Both the position numbers and the translations under genes were made by a program. From contig CBDFMQ010000002.1 of the NCBI GenBank assembly GCA_965249725.1, forward strand, positions 448,001 to 512,000: a stretch of DNA of 64,000 bases, given 5' to 3'. Under the pieces are notes generated by a model, which worked only from the letters and a program-made list of their open reading frames with translations, did no database searches and was not told where the DNA came from. The stretch's first letter is position 1; every line of letters begins with the position of its first letter. Shown piece by piece: positions 10,479-18,951 of this stretch. The DNA comes from Longimicrobiales bacterium. GTDB lineage: Bacteria; Gemmatimonadota; Gemmatimonadetes; Longimicrobiales; Gaopeijiaceae.

Positions 10479-11254
10479 TCGACCCTTTGATCATCGCTGT
10501 GATCGCCGGAGCCTTCGGGCTCCTCATCGGATCGTTCTTGAACGTGTGCACCCTGCGCTGGCCGCAGGACGAATCCGTGGTCTTCCCGGGCTCACACTGC
10601 ACGTCGTGCGGCGCCGACATCCACTGGTACGACAACATCCCGGTTTTGAGCTACCTGATTCTGAAGGGACGTTGTCGCGCCTGTAAGGAGTCCTATTCCG
10701 TCCAGTATCCGTTGGTCGAACTCACCACCGCTCTCGTGTGGGCCGGCGTGTTCGCCTACGGAGGACTCTCGGGCGAGGCATTCCGCGGTGCGGTCTTCCT
10801 GACGATGCTCTTCGGGATCTCACTGAGCGATGCCCGCTTCTACATCATCCCGGATCAGTTCTCGCTGGGTGGATTGGTGGTCGGACTCGGACTCGCGTTC
10901 GTGCCGGGCGGGCTGACGTGGCTCGAAGCGCTTCTCGGGGCCGTGGTGGGGTTCGCCCTGCTCCGGGGCGTGGCCGTGGCGGGGAAGTGGATGTTCAAGA
11001 AGGACGCCATGGGCGGCGGCGACGTGAAGATGATGGCGATGATCGGAGCGTTCCTGGGATGGCCGGGGGTGCTTCTGACCATCTTCCTGGGATCGCTCCT
11101 GGGCTCGGTGATCTTCGGGCCCATTTCGTGGAAGACCGGGAAGCTCGTGCCCTTCGGGATCTTCCTGGCGGCGGGCGCCGCGGTGACCTACGGGTGGGGG
11201 GACCTGATCATCGGGTGGTATGTGACGTCGGTGCTGAAGATGCCGGCGCCGTAG
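10475..11254 (+). CDS. pilD: Type IV prepilin peptidase / N-methyltransferase (A24)
   Basis: GSFLNVC, two CxxC pairs, DNIPVLSY, MGGGDVKM, VPFGIFLA motifs. Confidence 0.93.
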   Translation: MIDPLIIAVIAGAFGLLIGSFLNVCTLRWPQDESVVFPGSHCTSCGADIHWYDNIPVLSYLILKGRCRACKESYSVQYPLVELTTALVWAGVFAYGGLSGEAFRGAVFLTMLFGISLSDARFYIIPDQFSLGGLVVGLGLAFVPGGLTWLEALLGAVVGFALLRGVAVAGKWMFKKDAMGGGDVKMMAMIGAFLGWPGVLLTIFLGSLLGSVIFGPISWKTGKLVPFGIFLAAGAAVTYGWGDLIIGWYVTSVLKMPAP

Positions 11255-11302
11255 GGGGACGCCCCCGAACTGCGTCGCCCGACCCAGGGCGACGGCCGAT
11301 GC

Positions 11303-11620
11303 TCACCTCGGACCGAACGAACGTCCTTCCAGGCGGTCGATTCGTTCGCCGTTCGCTGTGACCCCCTCGGCCACGGCACGCAGGTCGTAGCTCAGCTGTT
11401 CTTGGCCCACCTCGACGCGGGTCAGTGCCCCCTCGACACGGGTCAGTCCCCCCTCGACGCGGGTCAGTCGCCCCTCGACGCGAGTCAGTCCCCCCTCGAC
11501 GCCGTCCAACCGACCACCGTGCTCCTCGTACACCCGGCCAATCATCTCGTAGTTTCGCGCGATCCCCTTCGCGTTCCCCTGAATCAGGGATTTCAGCTCT
11601 TGGAATTGCTGATTGGTCAT
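11303..11620 (-). CDS. Small coiled-coil protein with (LTRVEGx)n heptad repeats
   Basis: ORF MTNQQFQELK... containing five heptads encoded by a 21-bp tandem repeat. Confidence 0.6.
   Translation of the reverse strand: MTNQQFQELKSLIQGNAKGIARNYEMIGRVYEEHGGRLDGVEGGLTRVEGRLTRVEGGLTRVEGALTRVEVGQEQLSYDLRAVAEGVTANGERIDRLEGRSFGPR
11408..11512. repeat. 21-bp tandem repeat x5 (in-frame heptad)
   Basis: CCTCGAC recurs at 11410, 11431, 11452, 11473 and 11494; unit CCCCTCGACGCGGGTCAGTCC with variations. Confidence 0.9.
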
Positions 11621-11700
11621 CGGTAGCCCGGTGCCCGCAGGATGCAAGAGCGAAATCTACGCAACGGGATTGAGCTGGAACATGTCTGGGTGGGACGGCA

Positions 11701-11808
11701 TCACTCCGGCACCAACCGCTTGGTGGCCATGCCGCCCTCGCCGAGCTCACGCTCGATGGTGTAGCGGCCCCCAAGGGCGGCGTTCAGGCGGGTGACGGGA
11801 CCGGACAT
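11701..11808 (-). pseudogene. 5' remnant of a second Ser/Thr kinase paralogue
   Basis: MSGPVTRLNAALGGRYTIERELGEGGMAT then an abrupt end; near-copy of the N-terminus at 12322. Confidence 0.8.
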
Positions 11809-12322
11809 CAGTTGCCATGCGCTGGCGAAGCTCCTCGGCGAGTGCGATCCCGAAGTCGGCGACGAGTGGCTCACCCTGTGCACTCAGGAGGATGTTGGCC
11901 GGCTTGATGTCGCGGTGGACCACGCCGTTCTGATGTGCGTAGTCGAGTGCGCCCGCCACCTTCTGCGTGATCGCCAGGGCGTCGTCCACGCCGAGTTGTT
12001 TCTTGCGGTCGATGCGATCCCTGAGGGACTCCCCTTGCACGTGGGGCATGACGTAGAACAGGAACGAGTCAGCCTCGCCGGAATCGAACAGCGGCAGGAT
12101 GTGCGGGTGCTGGAGGTTGGCGGTGGTCTCGATCTCAGCCAGGAAGCGTTCGGCACCCACGACCGCGGCCAACTCGGGCTTGAGGACCTTGAGCGCGACG
12201 TTGCGGTTGTGCTTCAGGTCCGTGGCGAGATAGACGGTGGCCATGCCGCCCTCGCCCAGCTCGCGCTCTATGGAATAACGGCCTTCGAGGGCTGCGTTCA
12301 GGCGGGTGACGGGATCAGGCAT
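11808..12322 (-). pseudogene. Truncated Hanks-type Ser/Thr protein kinase
   Basis: LGEGGMATVY, VALKVL, HRDIKPANILL and DFG are present, but the activation loop/APE and C-lobe are missing after DFGIALA. Confidence 0.85.
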
Positions 12323-12385
12323 GGCCGCAAGATGCGCTTAGGGTGCGAATACCCACAAGGCTGGCGCCAGGGCTCGCACCACCGA

Positions 12386-12700
12386 CTACCGGTCCAAGCG
12401 GCCCCAACGGTCGAAGTCTCGTCGTTGGTGCAGCACGCCGAGAATCACGACGTTGAGCTCGGCGACTTGGTACAGGAGTCGGTAGGGACCGACGAGGAGT
12501 TCTCGGACCATCGGGTCGTCCCGCTCGGGCACGACACGCCCCCGCTCAGACGCGGATCGAAGAGAGTGCGCGGAGTCGAGGATGTCCTCGAGTAGGCGGC
12601 CGGCGCCCTCGAGCGATTCGTCTGCAATGAAGGCTATGGCGGCGTCAAGCTCTCGACGTGCTCCCTCGGTCCAGACTACCCCGCGGTGCCCAGGGCCCAT
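12386..12700 (-). CDS. ParE/RelE-family toxin
   Basis: VVWTEGARRELDA...GRVVPE...RELLVGPYRLLY...ILGVLHQRRD pattern; overlaps the upstream antitoxin. Confidence 0.85.
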   Translation of the reverse strand: MGPGHRGVVWTEGARRELDAAIAFIADESLEGAGRLLEDILDSAHSLRSASERGRVVPERDDPMVRELLVGPYRLLYQVAELNVVILGVLHQRRDFDRWGRLDR

Positions 12701-12873
12701 CTCCGCCGGAGTTCGTCGGCAACCTGCTCATGGGGAATGGTCCTGCCCGCATCCGCGTCCGCCAGGCCTCGGTCCACGGTTTGTAGCACATAAAGATGGT
12801 AGAGCACCTCGTCGAGGGAGCAGTCGTCCGGTAAGCGGTCCAGCACCTCCTGGACCCTTTCCTTTGTAGTCAT
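12676..12873 (-). CDS. Putative antitoxin of the ParE/RelE module
   Basis: 65-aa MTTKERVQEVLDRLPDDCSLDEV...RGLADADAGRTIPHEQV; GAGGAGG SD upstream; precedes the toxin. Confidence 0.8.
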   Translation of the reverse strand: MTTKERVQEVLDRLPDDCSLDEVLYHLYVLQTVDRGLADADAGRTIPHEQVADELRRRWALGTAG

Positions 12874-13008
12874 GCAACCTCCTCGATTCTCGTCTGTTGG
12901 GGCGCAGACGGCCATACACGAAAGATAGGCTCGGGGTCGATCGGCGCCATGACCCTCTGGGACTGAGAGCGAAGGTCCCTCATTGTGGGACCGTTCAGTC
13001 TCGGTTCA

Positions 13009-13039
13009 TGGACATCGTGATGCGATGATGCTATGATGC
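13009..13039 (+). promoter_or_regulatory. sigma70 promoter with overlapping TGATGC x3 operator for vapBC
   Basis: TGGACA (13009)-17 bp-TATGAT (13032) with extended TG; TGATGC at 13018, 13026 and 13034. Confidence 0.7.
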
Positions 13040-13042
13040 GTC

Positions 13043-13267
13043 ATGCGAACGACGCTGAACCTGGAAGACGACCTGCTCCGCGCCGTACGCTCCCTCGCCA
13101 GGGAGCGGGATGAGAGCCTCGGAACGGTGGTTTCGTCGCTCCTACGGCGGGCTCTCAGGCCGGAGCCCGAGCTGGGCTACGAGCAGGACGTGCCGGTCTT
13201 CATGGTCAGAGAGAACGCGCCGCCGATCACCCCCGAGATGGTGGAGTGGGCGCTGGAGGACCTCTGA
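13043..13267 (+). CDS. VapB-type ribbon-helix-helix antitoxin
   Basis: MRTTLNLEDDLLRAVRSLA...SLGTVVSSLLRRAL RHH pattern; upstream of the PIN toxin. Confidence 0.88.
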   Translation: MRTTLNLEDDLLRAVRSLARERDESLGTVVSSLLRRALRPEPELGYEQDVPVFMVRENAPPITPEMVEWALEDL

Positions 13268-13692
13268 CTACCCTCTTGGACGTCAACGTCCTCGTGGCAC
13301 TGGCCTGGCCGAACCATATCCACCATCGCCGTGCAGTCGCCTGGTTTGTCGAGGCACGGTCCGAGGGGTGGGCCACATGCCCCACCACCGAGTCTGGATT
13401 CGTGCGGGTGTCCTCGAATACGCGCGCGATTCCTGATGCGCGCACGCCCGGCGAAGCGATTGGACTCCTGACGCAGCTCAGAGGATCAGGTCAGCACGAC
13501 TTCTGGGAGGATACGGTAACGCTCACCGCCGACCCCTTCGACATTTTCGCTCGCGTGGTGGGGCATCGGCAGGTGACGGACTCGCATCTGCTCACGCTTG
13601 CACTCCATCAGGGCGGATGCTTCGCGACGTTCGATCGGGCGCTACATGAGCTGGCGGGATCTCACCGAGAGAGCGTCTTGTTGATCGACTGA
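13264..13692 (+). CDS. VapC-type PIN-domain ribonuclease toxin
   Basis: LLDVNVLVAL, TESGFVR, QVTDSHLL, ATFDR acidic PIN motifs; start is either CTG at 13264 or the ORF-track start at 13246. Confidence 0.9.
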   Translation: MTTLLDVNVLVALAWPNHIHHRRAVAWFVEARSEGWATCPTTESGFVRVSSNTRAIPDARTPGEAIGLLTQLRGSGQHDFWEDTVTLTADPFDIFARVVGHRQVTDSHLLTLALHQGGCFATFDRALHELAGSHRESVLLID

Positions 13693-13709
13693 AGGACGCG
13701 CCTGACCGT

Positions 13710-14339
13710 CTACGGATCCGAGCAGTCCCGCTGATACCCGCAGTCCAGACACACGATCTTGCAGTGCCGCTCTAGGACCGGCCCCCCACACAGCTCGCAG
13801 CGGGCGACATCAGGCTGCCCCACCCCCTGCGCCAGATACTCGCGGGACAGCTCGATGTAGTGCCGCCCGCCTTTGGCGAGCCAGGGCGCTGAATCATCGA
13901 GGGTCTTCTTCACGACGCCCGGAGCGCCTACCACCAGGCTCCGGTCCGGAACCTCCGCGCCCTCCAGGATCACCGCGTTCGCGCCGATCACACACTCGAC
14001 ACCGATCCGGGCCTCCTGGAGAATCACCGCGTTCATGCCGACGACGGTGCGATCCCCGATCTCACAGCTCTCGAACTTGGCGCCGTGCCCGACGGTGACC
14101 TGCTCACCGATCACGGTGGGGCGCCAGTCTCCCACGTGCACTACGCAGTTGTCCTGCACGCTGCTGCCCGCCCCGACCACGATCCCGTTGTCGGGGTCGT
14201 CACCACGCAGCACGGCTCCAAACCAGATGCTGGCCTCTTCGCCGACGGTCACGTCTCCGATCAGCACCGCGTTGGGTGCGACGAACGCGGACTCGGCGAT
14301 GCGGGGTCGCTTTCCGTTAAACGGCAGGATGATGGCCAT
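13710..14339 (-). CDS. Gamma carbonic anhydrase-family protein with C-terminal Cys-rich extension
   Basis: AFVAPNAVLIGDV, IWFGAVLRGD, SVQDNCVVH, VGHGA hexapeptide motifs; tail CELC...HCKIVCLDCGYQRDCSDP. Confidence 0.9.
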   Translation of the reverse strand: MAIILPFNGKRPRIAESAFVAPNAVLIGDVTVGEEASIWFGAVLRGDDPDNGIVVGAGSSVQDNCVVHVGDWRPTVIGEQVTVGHGAKFESCEIGDRTVVGMNAVILQEARIGVECVIGANAVILEGAEVPDRSLVVGAPGVVKKTLDDSAPWLAKGGRHYIELSREYLAQGVGQPDVARCELCGGPVLERHCKIVCLDCGYQRDCSDP

Positions 14340-14345
14340 CAGGGC

Positions 14346-15602
14346 TTACTCGAGTTCGTCTCGACCGGTCGAGGAGAGCTTGGTGAGGCGCGCTCGCATC
14401 ACTTGGGTGTCCGAAGCTTCCAAGATCTCGATGCGGACTCCGGCGCGGTCCAGCGTCTCCCCGGCCTCGGGCACCTGACCCAGCTCCTCAAGGATGAATC
14501 CGTTCAAGGAGCGGTGCTCCAGCTGGGGAAGGGTGACGTTGAACGCGTGGTTGATCTCCCGCACGTCCATGCCGCCGGGTGCTTCGACCTCGGTCCGCGA
14601 CATTCGCAGCAGGACCTCTTCGTCCACGTCGGTCTCGTCGACGATCTCTCCGACCAGCTCCTCTAGGATGTCCTCGAGGGTGGCGAGTCCGTCCGTCCCC
14701 CCGAATTCGTCCGCGACGATGCCCATGTGGATTCGACGCGACTGAAACTGGCCGAGAAGCTGCGTCAGCGGCAGTGAGCCCGGCACGAAGAGCGGTTCCC
14801 GCGACAGCTGGTCCAGGGTCATCGAGGTGCGGCCGGCCACGTAGTTCTCGTAGGCCTCACGCACGTAGAGGATGCCGGAGATGTCGTCGGTGGTCTCCTT
14901 GTAGACCGGAACCCTGGAGTACGGGACGGTAGCGATCTCACCGATGATCTCCTCGAGGGTGAGTGAGTCCTTCCAGGCGAAGATATCCACCCTCGGGGTC
15001 ATGACGTCCCATGTCGTCAGCTCGTCCAGCCGGAAGGCTCTCTCCACGAGGAGGTGCTCTTCCACTCCCACCAGTCCCGCTTCCTGGCCTAGCTCCGCGA
15101 TCTCCCGGACGGCCCGCTCTTCATCGGTCGAGTCGTCGTCTCCGTTTCGCCGCACGAGGAATCCGGATATGCGCCCGAAGGGGCCCGCCACCAATCCCAC
15201 GGTCCTCTCGATCGAGATGAGCAGGGGTGCCGCACCGAGGGCCAAGCGCAGAGGTCGGATGGTCGCCAAGAAGCGGGGGATGCTCTGCCCCATGACCAGG
15301 ACGACCCCACCGCCGATCAGCAGACCGAGGACTCCCCCCGTGGTTCCCCTCAGCAGTGTGCCCAGGATAACCGAGATACCCACGGCACATGCGTTGAATA
15401 AGGTGGTGAGAAGGAGCAGTGATGTCCGAACGGTCCCCGGCCGGCTTCTCAGGTCCGCGAGGGCTTCGGCTCCTCGGAAGCCCTCTTCTTCCAACGTCCG
15501 CAGGCGCGACGAGCCGACGGCGAAGGCCGCTGCATCGGCGGCGGTGAGAATCGCCGAAAGCAGGACCGAGACGACGGCCGCAGCCAACAGCAGCCAGATC
15601 AC
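14346..15602 (-). CDS. CNNM/hemolysin-family protein (DUF21-CBS-CorC)
   Basis: N-terminal TMs, VMTPRVD, YSRVPVY, VADEFGGTDGLATLEDILEELVGEI. Confidence 0.92.
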   Translation of the reverse strand: MIWLLLAAAVVSVLLSAILTAADAAAFAVGSSRLRTLEEEGFRGAEALADLRSRPGTVRTSLLLLTTLFNACAVGISVILGTLLRGTTGGVLGLLIGGGVVLVMGQSIPRFLATIRPLRLALGAAPLLISIERTVGLVAGPFGRISGFLVRRNGDDDSTDEERAVREIAELGQEAGLVGVEEHLLVERAFRLDELTTWDVMTPRVDIFAWKDSLTLEEIIGEIATVPYSRVPVYKETTDDISGILYVREAYENYVAGRTSMTLDQLSREPLFVPGSLPLTQLLGQFQSRRIHMGIVADEFGGTDGLATLEDILEELVGEIVDETDVDEEVLLRMSRTEVEAPGGMDVREINHAFNVTLPQLEHRSLNGFILEELGQVPEAGETLDRAGVRIEILEASDTQVMRARLTKLSSTGRDELE

Positions 15603-15651
15603 TTTGTTCCCCAGAGACTCGGCGGGCGATCGCCCGCCTGGCTACTCGGAC

Positions 15652-16671
15652 CTACGTCCATTCGTTGGTTCCCTGCAGGAGCTCGGCGATCACGTCCCGG
15701 GTCACCCTTCCGTCCGCTTCGGCCTCGAAGTTGAGCACGATGCGGTGCGCCAGCACGGCGGGTGCGACAGCCAGGATGTCGTCGTAGGACGGGATCGGGT
15801 CACCGCGGAACGCGGCACGCGCCTTCGCACCCAGGACGAGGTACTGCGAGGCGCGAGGGCCGGCACCCCAACTCACGTAGCGATCCGCCACCGCCGCCGT
15901 CTCATCCAGACCGGGTCGGGTGGAGCGCGCCAGGTGCACCGCGAACGACACGAGCGAAGGAGAGGCCGGAACCCTTCGCACGAGATGCTGCAGCTCGATG
16001 AGCTCCTCCGCAGCGAGGACGGGCTGAATCTGAGGATTCTCCTCGCCGGTCGTCCTCATGGCGATCTCTTCTTCTTCGCTCTTGGACGGATACCCGATCG
16101 GCAGCTCGAGCATGAAGCGGTCGAGCTGGGCCTCGGGCAGGGGGTAGGTGCCCTCCTGCTCGATGGGGTTCTGCGTCGCCAGCACGAAAAACGGGGCTTC
16201 GAGGTCGTAGGTTTGTCCGGCGGCCGTTACCTCGCGCTCCTGCATGGCCTGGAGGAGCGCGGCTTGAGTCTTCGGTGGGGTCCTGTTGATCTCGTCGGCC
16301 AGCACCACGTTCGCGAAGATCGGCCCGCGGACGAATCGGAATACGCGGCGTCCCGTGGAGCGATCCTCCTCGATGACCTCGGTGCCGGTGATGTCCGTGG
16401 GCATAAGGTCGGGGGTGAACTGAATGCGGCTGAAGTCCAGGTCGAGCGCCTCGGCCAGCGTGGAGATCAACAGAGTCTTCGCCAGGCCGGGGACCCCCAC
16501 CAGCAACACGTGTCCGTTGGCCAGAAGAGCGATGAGCAGTTCCTCGACTACCTCGTGCTGGCCGACGATCTGCTTTTCGATCTCGGAGCGGAGCTCCTGG
16601 GAAACCTGTGCCACGCGCCGGAGGAGCTCGAGGTCCCGATCCTGAACAACGGTTTCTGTCGATGACGTCAT
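15652..16671 (-). CDS. MoxR-family AAA+ ATPase
   Basis: GVPGLAKT, RIQFTPDLMPTD, LADEINRTPPKTQAALL, ATQNPIEQEGTYPLPEAQLDRF. Confidence 0.95.
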   Translation of the reverse strand: MTSSTETVVQDRDLELLRRVAQVSQELRSEIEKQIVGQHEVVEELLIALLANGHVLLVGVPGLAKTLLISTLAEALDLDFSRIQFTPDLMPTDITGTEVIEEDRSTGRRVFRFVRGPIFANVVLADEINRTPPKTQAALLQAMQEREVTAAGQTYDLEAPFFVLATQNPIEQEGTYPLPEAQLDRFMLELPIGYPSKSEEEEIAMRTTGEENPQIQPVLAAEELIELQHLVRRVPASPSLVSFAVHLARSTRPGLDETAAVADRYVSWGAGPRASQYLVLGAKARAAFRGDPIPSYDDILAVAPAVLAHRIVLNFEAEADGRVTRDVIAELLQGTNEWT

Positions 16672-16998
16672 CAGTTCGCTTTCCGCGTCCTGCTGAAGGG
16701 GTAGAGCCGCGCGGCGGGCGTGGCCTGGCATGGCGGCCACGCAGGGTACACGCCACCTGTTCCGAGAGGTCCCGAGCCGGGATCACTCACAGGGGGCGTC
16801 GGACGACCACGTCGAGCCGATTGGAGCCTGCTTTTCACACTGCCTTTCACGTCGCGAAGTTGTCGGACCCGCGGTTCCCAGTCAAGCGCGCCGGATTGCC
16901 TGAAATGCCTCTTCCTCAGGGCCAAAGCGGCGCTTGCGCTTTTTTTCACAAGCTTCTAAATTTCGCTGGCTTTGGGCAACCGACCGGAGTTCCCGCCA

Positions 16999-17268
16999 AT
17001 GCAGAGGTCAGGAAATCCGAGCGGAGACCAGCGGAAGGACATGGTCCGCACCTCGTCCCAGTACATGGGACACGGGATGGCTTTGGCCGCGTCGGTAGCG
17101 CTCTTCGGGTGGGTCGGATCCGAGATTGGAGAGAGGGTCGGATACGAGTCACTGCTGACGCTCCTCGGGATGCTCTTGGGGGGTGCGGCCGCGTTCTACA
17201 ATCTCTATGTCCAGTTGGTGATACGTCCACGACAGGAACAGGACCGCGAGGAGAGTGAGACGGATTGA
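16999..17268 (+). CDS. AtpZ/AtpI-like small membrane protein
   Basis: Two-TM protein (YMGHGMALAASVALFGWVG...LLGMLLGGAAAFYNLY) at the head of the atp operon. Confidence 0.75.
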   Translation: MQRSGNPSGDQRKDMVRTSSQYMGHGMALAASVALFGWVGSEIGERVGYESLLTLLGMLLGGAAAFYNLYVQLVIRPRQEQDREESETD

Positions 17269-17642
17269 GTGGCCTTGGCAGGTACGCTTTGATCGCGCTC
17301 TTGATAGTCGGTTTGGGAGCGGCGGCGCTCGCCGCGTTTCTGGATGACGCCGGCAGAAGAGGGATTCTCCTGGCGGCGTTGATCGCTTACCCTGTCCAGG
17401 TCATGGCCTTCGGGTTGCTGCTTCGCGCGCGAGGCGAGCAGACCCGATTCATGGTGTGGTGGGGAGCCGGAATCGCGCTCCGCGTGGCGGTCGTCGTGGC
17501 GGTGGGCTTTGCCTCCGCGACGCTCGCGTCGGTCGACCCGGCCGCGTTGTTGCTGTCGCTGGTGGGATTCTTCTTCGTCTTGTTGTTGATAGAACCGGCC
17601 TTTCTGAAGGCCGACACTAAGGACGCACGGACGACAACATGA
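17265..17642 (+). CDS. ATP synthase protein I-like membrane protein
   Basis: Four hydrophobic segments, positioned between AtpZ and atpB with overlapping stop/start codons. Confidence 0.7.
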   Translation: MSGLGRYALIALLIVGLGAAALAAFLDDAGRRGILLAALIAYPVQVMAFGLLLRARGEQTRFMVWWGAGIALRVAVVVAVGFASATLASVDPAALLLSLVGFFFVLLLIEPAFLKADTKDARTTT

Positions 17643-18577
17643 GTCTATTCGGAGCTCTGCAGGAGCACGCCGAGGGTGGGGCCCAGGAGGCCGCCCAAGA
17701 GGCCGCTCACGGCGCTGAGGCCGCACATGGAGCCGAAGCTCTTACCATGGAAGGGCTGCCCGACTTCATCTCGCACCACATCGGCGACGCGAAGGAAATC
17801 GAGTTCGCCGGTGGGCACTGGAGCCTGGAAGCGCTGAGCATCGACCCCATCCATTTGGGATCCGTGGCCATCGATCTGTCCCCGACACGCCAGTTGGTGG
17901 TGATGCTGCTCGTCGCCGTCCTGCTCCCGTTGATCTTCATCCCGGTCGCCAGGATCATCCGGTCTAAGGGAGTGGAGAAGGCCCCCAGCGGGTTCGCCAA
18001 CTCCATGGAAGCGATGATCCTCTACTTCCGTGACGAAGTGGTGCGGACGAACATCGGGCACGGTGCGGACGCGTTCACGCCGTTCATCCTGACGCTGTTC
18101 TTCTTCATCCTCGGCATGAACCTGATCGGGCTTACGCCTTTGGGCATCACACCTACGGCGAACGTCTCCGTGACTGCCGCGCTGGCCGTCATCAGCTTCA
18201 TCGTCATCGAAGTCTCGGGATTTCGGGCTCTGGGCCCCGCAGGGTACGCCAAGACGATCTTCTTCATGCCGCCGGGTGTTCCGGTGTTCATGAAGCCCTT
18301 CATACTCGTCGTCCTCACGATAGTCGAGGCCCTCGGTAAGCTGGCCAAGCCGTTCGCGTTGGCCGTGCGTCTCCTCGCCAACATGACAGCCGGTCACACG
18401 CTGATCCTTGCCATCATGGGCATGATCTTCGTGCTCCAGAGCTACCTCATGGGCGTCACCGCGGTCGGCATGGCCAGCGCTCTCATGATTCTCGAGTTGT
18501 TCATCGCCTTCTTGCAGGCCTACATCTTCACGATGCTCACGTCCGTCTTCATCGGGCTCATCCGTCACGCTCACTAG
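17639..18577 (+). CDS. atpB: F0 subunit a
   Basis: TPTANVSVT, KPFALAVRLLANMTAGH, ELFIAFLQAYIFTML. Confidence 0.97.
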   Translation: MSLFGALQEHAEGGAQEAAQEAAHGAEAAHGAEALTMEGLPDFISHHIGDAKEIEFAGGHWSLEALSIDPIHLGSVAIDLSPTRQLVVMLLVAVLLPLIFIPVARIIRSKGVEKAPSGFANSMEAMILYFRDEVVRTNIGHGADAFTPFILTLFFFILGMNLIGLTPLGITPTANVSVTAALAVISFIVIEVSGFRALGPAGYAKTIFFMPPGVPVFMKPFILVVLTIVEALGKLAKPFALAVRLLANMTAGHTLILAIMGMIFVLQSYLMGVTAVGMASALMILELFIAFLQAYIFTMLTSVFIGLIRHAH

Positions 18578-18599
18578 TCACCATCACAAAGGACGAAAG

Positions 18600-18854
18600 A
18601 TGCACTTCTTGCTTATCGCTGTTCAGGAAGCCGTGGGCGGAGGGGGCAATGCCCTCATCGGTGCCGGACTGGCCATCGGCGGCGCCGCCATCGGTGCCGG
18701 ACTCGGAATCGGTCCCATCGGTGCCGCTGCGGCGTCGGGGATCGCCCGTCAGCCGGAAGTCGGGGCGCAGATCCAGACGGCGGCGATCATCTTCGCGGCC
18801 CTCATCGAGGGCGTCGCGCTCTTCGGTCTCGGCCTCGCGTTCGTAATGTTCTAG
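18600..18854 (+). CDS. atpE: F0 subunit c (probably H+-coupled)
   Basis: Gly-rich helix, IARQPE loop, ALIEGVALF; no Na+-type ES/T motif. Confidence 0.96.
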   Translation: MHFLLIAVQEAVGGGGNALIGAGLAIGGAAIGAGLGIGPIGAAAASGIARQPEVGAQIQTAAIIFAALIEGVALFGLGLAFVMF

Positions 18855-18870
18855 CTGCGGCTCCGCCCCG

Positions 18871-18894
18871 TCCCTGCGGGATACCTCGCGGGGG
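18871..18894 (+). other. Intercistronic hairpin after atpE
   Basis: TCCCTGCGGG-ATAC-CTCGCGGGGG 10-bp stem with G-U pairs; may stabilise the atpE mRNA segment. Confidence 0.4.
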
Positions 18895-18951
18895 TAGGGT
18901 CTGGTGTCTCATGAGAGCGTTGCAGAACTCGAAGAGCCATAAGGAGTCGGC

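Noticed and set aside
12959..13002. Hairpin containing CTGAGA as a possible TPP riboswitch
   Set aside because: The rest of the TPP consensus is missing and no thiamine gene follows; no TPP riboswitch was seen before thiD or thiE either.
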